Positions 19,274 to 29,573 of a stretch of 64,000 nt of DNA are shown here, piece by piece. Every line of letters starts with the position of its first letter. The stretch's first letter is position 1. Source of the DNA: an uncultured Nitrososphaerota archaeon. Its GTDB lineage: Archaea; Thermoproteota; Nitrososphaeria; Nitrososphaerales; Gagatemarchaeaceae. The stretch spans positions 288,001-352,000 of the forward strand of contig CAVRAG010000008.1 in the NCBI GenBank assembly GCA_963718895.1, in the 5' to 3' direction. Below the pieces are notes generated by a model. That model made no database searches and was not told where the DNA came from. It saw only the letters and a list, made by a program, of their open reading frames with translations. Made by a program: the position numbers and the translations under genes.

Positions 19274-21046
19274 CTAGGCCCAGGGGTTCTCGGATGAAGC
19301 GTTCGAGCCCGAGATGCGCCCGAAGGCTATCATCTGTGCGTTGTTCGCTCCGAGAGAGAGCATCCCGTCGGTCGAGCCGTTCTCGCCCGCCGCGTATAGA
19401 CGCGGGATTGGGTTATTGTCTGCGTCGCAGATCTGGCCCTTCTCGTTGCGGACCGGACCTCCGAAGGCGCTCGGACCGCCCGGCCAGAGCGGCATCGCGT
19501 AGAACGGAGGAGACACGATCGGGATTAGCGCGGACTTTGGCCTGCCGAACTGGGTATCGACGCCAGAAGAGCAGAAGCCGTTGTAGTTGTTGAGGGTCGC
19601 CTGAAGGGTGGCGGGGTTGATGTTGACCGCCGTGTTGGCCGCTGGACTGCTGTTGTTGGTGCCCGGGGTCATTCCGACGTAGGCAGTGCTGTTCATCGCC
19701 GCGACCAGTGTCGGTACGTCCTTGCCCGACTGTATCCAGCCTCTTGCGATCTCTGAGCTGTTGTCCGAACTCCACGCCGGGCGTGGGTCGAGATACACCG
19801 GAAGTTGGCCGTTTGAGCCGCTGGTGATCGCCCCCGCCTTCCTGCAGGTCTCATCAAATATGATGAAACTCGGGATGCGGGTGTACTGAGGCACAGTGAG
19901 GTCGAAGTCAGACAGCTTGATCCACCAGTTGTGCGAGTACGTCGAAATCTCAGTCTCGTCAGCGTAGCGGTTCCCGTACTTGTCGACGTAGATCCACCCG
20001 TGCTGTGACGGGGCGCAGGTGCTGAACGCAATTGGATACTGAGGGAACCAGGGGACCATGCGAGCCGACATGGCGCCCATGTGCCACATGGCCGCGCCGA
20101 CCTTGGACGCCATCGTGACGCTGTCGCCTGTGCAGAACTGCCACCCGTAGAAGTGGGCGGGATAGACCCTCATGTTGTCCGCCTTCAAGGTCTCGTTGTA
20201 TTCGATGCTTCCCGTTGTGAGGACCACTCCCCTCTTCGCCTGTATGTTGAGCACCTCGCTGTTGTTGGCCATCGCCTGGACTCCGAGAATCTCTCCTGTA
20301 GTCGGGTCTTGGAACAGGTCAGTGGCCGGCGTGTTGAAGAGGATGGGTATGTTTCTTTTCTGGACGAGCGCGTCGAGTTGCTGGAAGAAGACGTTGCCGC
20401 TTGCCAGGGACATCCCCCCGAAGCCCAGCGCTCCGCCGGGAAGGTTCGGGAACTCACCCGTGGTTGAGCTCGTGGTGTACTTGATTCCCATCTGAGTGAG
20501 CCAAGCGGGGTTCTCGACCTCCATCCAGGCGAGAGCCTCGCAGACCGCCATAGGGGTGTTTCCCCAGGACTGCTGGTAGATGTAATTCGCCCCGTTCAAC
20601 GGATCTTTGACGTAGGTGGCGTTGCCGGCGTTCATGGAGGTGTTGCCGCCGCCGCCCGTGATGGTGGGGTTGGCGACCCCGAGCGCGGCGTAACTGGGCG
20701 TCTTCTCGAGCACGAGGACGTTGGCTCCGGCGTCATAGGCGGTGATTGCGGTGACGGCTCCTGCCCCTCCGTAGCCTACCACGACCACGTCTGCAACCTG
20801 GGACCAATTCTCCGGCAGCGGGAGAGGAGCGGCTCTGCTGATGACCCTGCTGACCTTTCTAGTGCCCCTTACCTCGGCTATTCCCCTGGCGGACGCTGCG
20901 CCAAGCGCTGATGAAGCGAACTGTGGTTTGAGGGCGGAGGCAGCAATTGTGGTGCCTCCGATTGCCGCTGCTCCAATGGCAGCGGTACCCAAGAAGCTCC
21001 TTCTTGAGACCCTGACGTCCTTGAAGCTGCTCTTATCCTGAGTCAT
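19274..21046 (-). CDS. Tat-exported FAD_binding_2 flavoprotein (flavocytochrome c/KstD superfamily)
   Basis: SRRSFLG Tat motif, DVVVVGYGGAG, GGGNT, GNRYADE, IPRLYAAGE, FGRISG. Confidence 0.88.
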   Translation of the reverse strand: MTQDKSSFKDVRVSRRSFLGTAAIGAAAIGGTTIAASALKPQFASSALGAASARGIAEVRGTRKVSRVISRAAPLPLPENWSQVADVVVVGYGGAGAVTAITAYDAGANVLVLEKTPSYAALGVANPTITGGGGNTSMNAGNATYVKDPLNGANYIYQQSWGNTPMAVCEALAWMEVENPAWLTQMGIKYTTSSTTGEFPNLPGGALGFGGMSLASGNVFFQQLDALVQKRNIPILFNTPATDLFQDPTTGEILGVQAMANNSEVLNIQAKRGVVLTTGSIEYNETLKADNMRVYPAHFYGWQFCTGDSVTMASKVGAAMWHMGAMSARMVPWFPQYPIAFSTCAPSQHGWIYVDKYGNRYADETEISTYSHNWWIKLSDFDLTVPQYTRIPSFIIFDETCRKAGAITSGSNGQLPVYLDPRPAWSSDNSSEIARGWIQSGKDVPTLVAAMNSTAYVGMTPGTNNSSPAANTAVNINPATLQATLNNYNGFCSSGVDTQFGRPKSALIPIVSPPFYAMPLWPGGPSAFGGPVRNEKGQICDADNNPIPRLYAAGENGSTDGMLSLGANNAQMIAFGRISGSNASSENPWA

Positions 21047-21087
21047 GTGTGGCGACCCACGAGAGGCGTTATTAAGACGAGAATACG

Positions 21088-21105
21088 ATTCTCACGTTTG
21101 AGAAT
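21088..21105. promoter_or_regulatory. Palindromic operator upstream of flavoprotein TATA
   Basis: ATTCTCAcgttTGAGAAT, 11 bp from minus-strand CTTAATAA. Confidence 0.8.
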
Positions 21106-21236
21106 CGCCGGCAAAGTCGGACCGTCATTGGAGGGGCTGCGACCGGCGAGCGGGACCGGCGAGGAAGCGGAAAGTAACAATGGTCGAGGACCTGGTCGGT
21201 GATCGGAGCGGACCGGATGCTGCCATCCGGTCCGTC

Positions 21237-22681
21237 TCACCAGTCGAGGTGAATGTCTTACGTCCGGGCTTCCCGTGCGAGAGTCCTGCCCGGGGCTGCC
21301 TCGCTGACGCTGCGGTAGCCCAGGCCCTGACACAGGCCTGGTAGAGGTCCTTCAGCGAGACCGGGTGAAGGGGTCGGGGCGAGGTCGAGCGCCCGGCCGT
21401 AGATGTGGGGGTTCTTGGGTAGGAGTCGCCGGCCGCCCTGTTCCTCTGCGGAGACCGGAAGCCGGAGACGACACGGAGCGCTCCGCGGGACTCCCCCGAA
21501 CTCCTGGCTGACCCTGTCGAAGGCGGCCTGCATGCCACCATCTACGACCAATTCGTAGTTCCCGATGTTGAAAGACCGGTCGACCGGATGGGCCAAGCAG
21601 TCGCTCCTCGGGGGGATGACGCTCTCGTTGTGGTCGATGTACTCCTGCCTCAGGAGGTCGACGTCGTCCTGGACAAGGATGAAGTGTTGTTCGATGCCCT
21701 CGAACGCCGCTGAGACGTCGTACTGAAGAGGGCGGTTGCGGAAGTGGTTGACCCGTCGTTTGGGCGCGCCCCGGGATCTGGCTGGAAGCGAAGGTCATGC
21801 TCTCGGGCGCCTGGTTGGGAACCCCGCTCCCACTGAACGGGCCCATCCCTTTGACATGCCACGCGATCAAGTTCGCCCATCCTGATTCGACGTACAGTCA
21901 CCCCCGGGATCACAATGCGAAGACTGATGGAGTCAGTGGAAACGAACAAGTGGCGGCCGTCGGACGCGGTCGTCCCGTTCGATGTTGAACGATGGGATTA
22001 GCGTGAACGTCCAAATCGTGGTTCGAATCCCCAATCCAGCCTCGTCTTGGAACGATCTGGGTGACTGTCTGCGGTTCGGGGTCCTTGAGATCGATGAAGA
22101 GGCGCTTGAACTCATTCAGACCAGTCTGGGGGAGGCTGTGGACCATGAGGAGATCGGCTTCGTTTCCTGCGGGAATGAGTGTCGCAGTGGGAGCCTTCAT
22201 CACATCGAGGATGGTCGGGGCGTCGTCGGTCCACGGCATCTCCCAGCCCCACGCAGACCGGGGAGCCTGCCAACCCCAGTTCAGCTTCGTCGAGAAGGGT
22301 CGTGGTACGGGCATCGCGCCTTGGGTGCCAACTCCTGGAGCGGTCTCCATCCCCTTTGCATCCACTCCCGAGCTACGTACAACGATGGTCATGGTCTCAG
22401 CCTAGGGGGTGATAAAGTCCCCCCACGGTCCACTGTGCGGTCCCATTCCCGGTTACCTGCAGTGTGGGGGTCGTGGCTTGGACGTCGAATACGCCTACCA
22501 TCCTTCCCGCGACAGAATTCTGCGGAATCACCGGAACTCCAGCCTTCTGAGTAGGGGCGCGCGAGAGGAAGACGTTGAACACAAGGCTGCCCTTGAAATT
22601 GAAGGAGACCGAGGTTTGGCCAGCGATCCCGCTCGTTGCCGTCACCATCGCGCTCCAAGTGCTGGAGATGTCCAAGGCCAT
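21237..22681 (-). pseudogene. Multiply frameshifted copy of the M15-peptidase-domain protein
   Basis: High nucleotide similarity to 25779..27193 (SGFRSPQRN, KNPHIYGRALDL) split over at least five frames. Confidence 0.75.
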
Positions 22682-23262
22682 AGATCTCTTTTTCGCGAAA
22701 GACCTTTTTTGGCTATTTAAGAGTGGGGTTCCGGACAGAGAGGTGCGTGGGACGGCTGGAGGCCGTTTCGGTTCACCGACGATGACTGGTCCGGGTGCAC
22801 CTTAGACCGCGCGCTAGCAGATACCGCACCCCGTCCGACCTGCTGGGTGAACTGACCACTAGACTAAATGAAAAAGGAGAAGCCAAACCCGTCGTGGAGA
22901 TTAGGTCGTGCCCCCTTTGGCAGGGCGTCTGAATTCGCTTCACCTGTTGACCTCCCGAGCTCGGGCCCTTTCGTCGCTCCCGGTCCACAATGCGGCAAGC
23001 AGCCCTTGAGTGTCGTGATTTGCACCTCCGCGGTCGCCCGTCCCATGAAGATTTCCCAATGATGGCTTCCTATGAGGTCGTATTGCCTTTTCCGTCAAGG
23101 GTTGTCCGTAGAGGTCTCTCGACTGATTGTCAGAGAACACTCTTTTGAAAGACGGCGCCCACGGGCGTACTCAGGAACCGGACGGACTCGGGGTGCGTGG
23201 TCTCGCCACACGGAAAAAGAAAGGAAGGAAGCTCCCGAGAAGGAGGCAGCTGCAAAGCAAGT

Positions 23263-25231
23263 CTAGGACGTAGGCCAGTTGTAGGGCGCTTCGTTGGCGG
23301 CGTTGTTTCCGCTATGCGGCCGAAGGCGATGCTTTCGCCGTTGTTGCCACCGCCTTGGTACAGGAACCCCAACGGATCCGCACTCTCCGCCGCCGTACAG
23401 CCTGGGTATGGGGTTGTAGTCGGGGTCACGAATGTGACCGAACTGGTCACGAATCGGACCGCCGTTGGTGTTTGGCCCTGCTGGCGAAGAGCGAGTGCTC
23501 GTCCGCGGAATGCTCAAAGACCAGGGTCGCCGCACTAGTTCCGAAGACTGTATCGCCCTTGCCAGCCGCTACGTCGGCGTTGAACTTGCTCACGGCGGCG
23601 GTCAGGTTGGCAGCGCTGAAGTGTGGGCAGTTTGTGCCTCCGGGGAGGCTTACGTTGTCCATGCTCTCGTAGCTTTCCCAGCCTGCTGGGACTGCCATTC
23701 CCTGGTTCGAACCGTAGATTGTCGCTGCAGCGATGTTTGCCGGCTAGGGTTGGTAGGTCTGCGCCCTGAATGATCCATCCCGCAGCAATCTCTGCCTGGG
23801 TTGTTGTTGCTCATGGCGTTCCATACGCCGAACCAGAAAAGGCCGCAGAAGCCAGTGCTCCCGTGCCTCCGAGCTGCGTTGGAAGGGCGTTGATGCCGGT
23901 GCCATAGACCAGCTGGGTCGAGCTGGATGTAGTCGACGTGGTAGTCGTGGTCGTTGTGGTCTGTTCCGGCTTGGGGGACTCCTTGCCCCACCGATCCTAG
24001 AACGTGGAAGTTCGGCTCCGCCTTCTGGCTGCGTTGTTCCGGTGCTGTCGAAGATCAGCATGGTCGGAACACGGGAATGCTCCCATACTGGAAGTTCCAA
24101 TCGACCACGGCTTGCCAAGTGCTGTGGCTCGGAAGACCAGTCTCGTTAGCGAACCGGTTGCCGTACCTGTCGGTCCAGATATAGGCGTTAGTCGGGTGGT
24201 GCTGCGCCGAAGCCGTGTTGTAGGTCGGAATTCAGGGCGAAAGGCGTCCTAGGTCGAGTTCATGTGCCAGAGACCGGCCCCCGCCTTCATCGCCATTCGA
24301 CTGGATCACGAGCGCTGCATTGCCAGCCGCCGAAGTGGTAGGGAGCCATCTTGAGGTAGTTCAGCTTCATGGTTGCGTCGAATTCAATCCTCCCGTGGTG
24401 ATGATGACCGCCTTGTTGGCCTGGATATGTTCACCGTTTGGCTCAGTTCTGAAGCGCCCGGACGCCAATCGCCTCGCCTGTGTTGGGGTCCTGAATCACC
24501 TTGGTCCCCTGGTGTGAACAAGAGAGGAACGTTCCTTGCTTGGACCGCTTTGTCCAACCCATAGAAGAATCCCATGCCGCTGTTCGTAGTTGTGCAGGTG
24601 GCAAAGCCGGTGTTGGCGTATGGAAAGTTAGGGTACTAGGGGTAGTTGTTGAGTAGGAGTATGGGATGTTAAAGCTGTCCAACCATGCCCGGTTCTGGAC
24701 CGACATCTCTGCCCATGCTTGGGAGACCTCCATCGGGGTACTACCGTAGCACATGTAGTTGTGCCAGCCTGCGCCCCCAATCGTCGTGAGTGGGAAGAAG
24801 ACCAGACCGCCGCATATGTGTGTGTTTGCCGCCGCCGCCCCGGATTTCAGTTTCTGCGTGCCCAGTGTTGGCAATCCCTAGGCTAGCCAGAGTGGGGTCT
24901 TTTCATAATGAGCACTCCGCCTGCATCATCCGCGGTGATCGTGTCAACAGCGCCTGTCCTCCAGAAATCGACGATCACGACGTCTGCTGAAGACTGCCAC
25001 GATGATGGAATGGTAACGCGGCCGCCTTGTAGCCCGCCGCTGGTCCTCCGCCGACGGCCGAGACGACGCCGGAAGTGCCTCCAAGCGTTGCGGCCGATGC
25101 GAGTCTGGGAGTGAGCGCGGAACGCCGTCGATCACGGTCCCCCCGATCGCCGCCGCTCCGATGGCGTCAACGCTCCGAGGAAGCGCCTCCTCGAGAGCTC
25201 GATGTCTTGGCTTTTTTTCGTCGCTAGTCAT
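23263..25231 (-). pseudogene. Heavily frameshifted third Tat flavoprotein paralog
   Basis: Fragments NTHICGGL, YNPIPRLYGGGECGS, IAFGRIA and SMDNVSLPGGTN match 27452..29293. Confidence 0.8.
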
Positions 25232-25272
25232 AAGTGTAGCGCGGCCTGCAGGCTTAAGAGAAAACGGGCACG

Positions 25273-25290
25273 TTTCTCAACTTTGAGAAC
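25273..25290. promoter_or_regulatory. Palindromic operator
   Basis: TTTCTCAacttTGAGAAC upstream of the 25231 start. Confidence 0.75.
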
Positions 25291-25334
25291 AGGAATCCGT
25301 CCGAGGTAAAACCCCTACTTGCGCTAGCGCACAC

Positions 25335-25750
25335 CTAGACCTCAAACCGACAGCCTGATGTTCTGATTGAAGCGGAAAAAGCTTGGTCTGGTCGCCCTTG
25401 TCCCTCAGCGCTGTCAACCTGCTGAGGCTTCTGTTCCGCATGCCACTCCCTGTCCTCGCCCTCTTCGTCCATGAAATTCACGGAGGCTCCCCGTCGAGAA
25501 CATGCCCACGACGGCGAAAGAATTCCATCGACCAATCGATGTGCTTCTGGTTCTCTCTCGATGGTCCACGTGGAAGTTAGGTTGACGGTGAATGGTGCGT
25601 CGCGATAGCTGTATGATATGGAAAGGTCTACGGGCATAGCTGAGGCTCCTCCTAGCCGTGAGGTGTGGATGGCTGACAGAGGCGACGTGACCTTCGACCC
25701 GGACTCCAGGATGGTGCCAATCGCCGAGCATTTGATGCATGAGGAGAGTG
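25335..25750 (-). pseudogene. C-terminal remnant of a berberine-bridge-type oxidoreductase
   Basis: PVDLS.SY..RDAPF.VN...STW and VNFMDEEGE match the 3' end of 17659..19080. Confidence 0.65.
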
Positions 25751-25778
25751 GGCCCGAGTCTGCCCATCTTGACCCGCC

Positions 25779-27193
25779 TCACCAGTCGATGTGCACGTGC
25801 TTCGCGTCCGGGCTTCCCGGTGGGACAGCTTTGCCCGGGGCTGCCTCGCAGACGCTGTGGTAGCCGGCCCTGACGCAGGCCTGGTAGAGTACCTCCAGCG
25901 CCGATGGGCTGGAAGGGTCAGGGGCAAGGTCGAGGGCCCGGCCGTAGACGTGTGGGTTCTTCGGATGGAAGTCACCGGTCGCCATGTTCCTCTGGGGAGA
26001 CCGGAAGCCGGAGACGACGCGGAGCGAACCGCGGGGTTCCCTCCCGTACTCCAGGCCAATCCTGTCGAAGGCGGCCTGCATCCCGCCGTCGACGACCAAT
26101 TCGTAATTCCCGATATTGAAGGACTTGTCGACCGCATGAGCGATGAAGTCGCTCCTCGGAGGCACGACGCTCTCGCCGTGGTCGATGTACTCCTGCCTCA
26201 GGAGGTCGACGTCGTCCTGGACGAGGATGAAGTGTTGTTCGATGCCCTCGAACGCCGCTGAGACATCATACTGGAGCGGCCTATTGCGGACGGTCGACCC
26301 GTCGGTCGGGCGCGTCCCGGGGTTGGGCTTGAACGCGAAGGTCATGCTGCAGACGTGTGGTCGGGGACCCCGCTCCCGCTGAACGGGCCCATCGCCTTCA
26401 CCTGCCACGAGGTCAACCTCGCCCAGCCCGACTCTGGCACCGTCACGCCCGGGATCGCAAGGCGAAGGCTGATAGAGTCGGTCGAGACGAACGAGTAGCG
26501 ACCGGCCGGTCCACGGTCATCCCGCTCGATGTTGAATTGCGGGATAAGCGCGAAGGTCCAGGTAGTGGTCCGGGTCCCCAGGCCGGCCTCGTCCTCGAAC
26601 GTCTGTGTTATGGTCTGGGGTTCGGGGTCCTTGAGGTCTATCGAGACGTGTTTGAACTCCTTTATGCCTGTCTGGGGCAGGCTGTGCACCACGACGAGGT
26701 CGACCTCGCGTTCGGATGGGATTACCGGCACCGCTGGAGGCGACATCACGTTGAGCACGGTCGAAGGGTCCTCAGGTCTCGGAGCAGGCCAACCCCAATT
26801 GAAAGCGGTTGAGAAGGGCTGGGCTACGGGTGTGGCGCCATGCGCTACATCCGCCAATAGAGTCTGCAGGCCCTTCGCCTCGGCTCCCGAGCTACGGATC
26901 GCGATGCTTATCGATTCGGTCACAGGGTCGAAGGTTCCCGCCAAGGTCCATCCCGCGGTCCCTTCCCCTCTCATCTGCATGGTCTCGGTAGTGACCTCGA
27001 GGTCGAAAGTCCCGACCATCCTTCCGGCGACGGAGTTCGCCGGGATGACGGACTCTTCCGGCTGAGGATCGGGGCCTAGTGCAACAAACACAGTGAACGC
27101 CAGACTTCCCTCAAAGCTGAAGGAGACCGAATTCTTGCCGCTTATAGAACTGGTCGCGATTGCTTTGGCAGCCCAAGGGCTTAGAATCTCCAA
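25779..27193 (-). CDS. Protein with unknown N-terminal beta domains and C-terminal peptidase M15 (Zn D-Ala-D-Ala peptidase-like) domain; one frameshift near 26355
   Basis: SGFRSPQRN...HVYGRALD (H-x6-D) and terminal HVHIDW. Confidence 0.75.
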
Positions 27194-27415
27194 GATCGTG
27201 AGTCTCCATTCAGGGGAACGATTTTTCGATATTTAAGAGAGGAGCTTCGCAGATGGAGTGGCGCCTAGTGCATTTCAAGTTTCGGCCAAAGAAGAGTGCA
27301 ATCCCGTGACGGCTGCACGCCAAACGATGACGAAAATAGAGGTGTGAAGGTTTGGGCTCGTCTGCGAACGCGGAAGAATCGGAGTCGCCGGGAGACGCCG
27401 AAAGTAGAGAGGAGA

Positions 27416-27440
27416 GGAAGCTCCATTCTCAGGAGCTTCC
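27416..27440 (-). terminator. Hairpin plus pyrimidine run after flavoprotein gene
   Basis: GGAAGCTCC-7nt-GGAGCTTCC, then TCTCCTCTCTACTTT on the minus strand. Confidence 0.55.
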
Positions 27441-27451
27441 CACCACTGAGC

Positions 27452-29293
27452 CTACGATGTCCAGGGAGTTTCGGCTGCTGCGTTGGTCCCGGCGATGCGC
27501 CCGAAGGCGATCAGCTCGCAGATGTCGCCCCCGCCCGTTGGGTAAAGGAACCCATAGACGGAGCCGTTCTCGCCGTTGCCGTATAGCCTCGGAATCGGGT
27601 TGTCGTAGGGGTCGGTAATCTGCGATTTCGCGTTGCGCTGAAGTCCGCCCTGGGTGTTCGGTCCTCCTACCCAAAGTGGGAGCGCATAGTACGGAGGCGT
27701 CTGCAGCGGGGCCATCGTCAGGGCGGTCCGCTGGAAGAGCGTGTCGCCCTTGCCTGCGGCGCAGTCCACGTTGTACTGGTTCACAGCTGCTATCAGGTTG
27801 GCCGAGGAGAAGTTGGGCGCGTTGGTTCCATCGGGTATGGTGACCGTGTCCATGCTCTCGGCGGCGTTCCAGCTCGGTGGAACGGTCATCCCCTGGTTCG
27901 AGCCGATGATATTCCATTTTGCGATGTTCGCGGCCAGCGTGGGGAGATCTGGTCCGGACATGATCCATCCAGCAGCTATCTCAGTGGCGTTGTTCGAGCT
28001 CCAGGGAGTTCCAGGTGACGAGCCGGCACCGAGTACTCCTCCAAGCTGGACTGGAGTCGAAGTGGGGCCTCCGGATGCAACAGGGCCTTTCTGGCAATAG
28101 GTGTTGTCGAAGATTACGAAGGATGGAAGGTTGGTGTACTCGCCGACGACCAGGTTGAAGCCGTTCATTGCGCACCATCCGCTGTGGGATGGGTAGCCGC
28201 TTTCGTTCAGGAAGCGCTGGCCGTATCTGTTCACCCAGATGTAGTTGTTGGTGGGGTTGTTGTAGGACCATCCCTGGTTGAGCCTGGGTACCCAGGGCTC
28301 GGGGCGTCCGGACACCGCGTTCATGTGCCACAGGGCCGCTCCGACCTTCTGGCCCATCTTGATCCCGTCTCCGGTGTTGTACTGCCACCCGTAGAAGTGA
28401 TCGGGATAGGCCTTGAGGAATCTCACCTTCATGACGTCGTCGTACTCGAATCCTCCTGTGCAGATGATGACTCCCCGCTTGGCCTGGATGTTGAGAATCT
28501 GACTTCCACTCTGACTCGCCTGTACGCCTAGAATCTCACCGGTCGTCGGGTTCTGTATTAGGCCCGTGGCCCGGGTGTTGAAGAGCACAGGTATGTTCCT
28601 CTTCTGGACGAAGCCGTCCAGGAACTTGAAGAGCTGCTGGCCTTGCCCGTTCACGTTGTAGTTGCTGATCGAGGAATAGCCAGGGACGTTCGGGAACTCG
28701 CCGCTCATGCTGGCGAGAGTACAGGGGATGCCCATGGAGTCCAGCCACGCCTTGTTCTGGTTCGCCATCGTGCCCCAAGCTTCGCAGACGTCCATCGGAG
28801 TCGCGCCGAACGAGAGGCTGTACAGGTGCTGCGCTCCGGCCACCGGATCGGTGGGCCATACGCACAGCCCTCCAGAGATGTGGGTGTTCCCTCCCCCTCC
28901 GGAGATCTGGTCCGAGGCTTGCGTGCCGTTGGTGATCCCCAAACTTGCAAGGCTCGGCGTCTTCTCGAGTATCACCACGTTGGCTCCGGCATCATAGGCC
29001 GTGACGGCCGAAACCGCGCCCGCCCCTCCGTAACCTACCACGACCACGTCTGCGGACTGGGACCATGTCGTGGGAACTGGTATCGGGGCACCCTTGCTGA
29101 CCGACGACGCCCTATGAATCACTGAGACCTCACCCCTAGCGCCGGCGCTTGCTGCCGCCGACGCAAACCTAGGATTGAGAGAGGACGCGGCCACCGCCGT
29201 CCCTCCTACCGCAGCGGCTCCGACCACCGCAGTCCCCAAGAAGCTCCTTCTCGATAGCTTCAAGTTGCTGAGCTTTCCCTTATCATTAGTCAT
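27452..29293 (-). CDS. Tat-exported FAD_binding_2 flavoprotein
   Basis: SRRSFLG, GYGGAG, GGGNTHISGG, GQRFLNE, GGPNTQGG, RLYGNGE, YPTGGGDI..IAFGRIAG. Confidence 0.9.
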   Translation of the reverse strand: MTNDKGKLSNLKLSRRSFLGTAVVGAAAVGGTAVAASSLNPRFASAAASAGARGEVSVIHRASSVSKGAPIPVPTTWSQSADVVVVGYGGAGAVSAVTAYDAGANVVILEKTPSLASLGITNGTQASDQISGGGGNTHISGGLCVWPTDPVAGAQHLYSLSFGATPMDVCEAWGTMANQNKAWLDSMGIPCTLASMSGEFPNVPGYSSISNYNVNGQGQQLFKFLDGFVQKRNIPVLFNTRATGLIQNPTTGEILGVQASQSGSQILNIQAKRGVIICTGGFEYDDVMKVRFLKAYPDHFYGWQYNTGDGIKMGQKVGAALWHMNAVSGRPEPWVPRLNQGWSYNNPTNNYIWVNRYGQRFLNESGYPSHSGWCAMNGFNLVVGEYTNLPSFVIFDNTYCQKGPVASGGPTSTPVQLGGVLGAGSSPGTPWSSNNATEIAAGWIMSGPDLPTLAANIAKWNIIGSNQGMTVPPSWNAAESMDTVTIPDGTNAPNFSSANLIAAVNQYNVDCAAGKGDTLFQRTALTMAPLQTPPYYALPLWVGGPNTQGGLQRNAKSQITDPYDNPIPRLYGNGENGSVYGFLYPTGGGDICELIAFGRIAGTNAAAETPWTS

Positions 29294-29334
29294 AAACCAA
29301 AGTCCGCCTGTAGCGTTAATAAAGAACGTACACG

Positions 29335-29352
29335 ATTCTCAACTTTGAGAAC
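29335..29352. promoter_or_regulatory. Palindromic operator
   Basis: ATTCTCAacttTGAGAAC, 11 bp from minus-strand TTTATTAA. Confidence 0.8.
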
Positions 29353-29573
29353 TCCTCGATTGATGGAATTCCCAGGCATCCTGAGCTGTGCAGACTTGGA
29401 ACTGGTCTAGACATGCCCGAATCAAGAATCAGGATGGCCGTGAGACTCCTCTCTTCCGAAATATTGAGAAAACAAGTGCGCCCCAAAGACCGTCCTTCAG
29501 ACACTTAGTCGTGTTAGCCGCCAGGAGGCTCCTAGCGGCCGACGCGATTGGTGTTCAACCCAGAGCGACTGCT

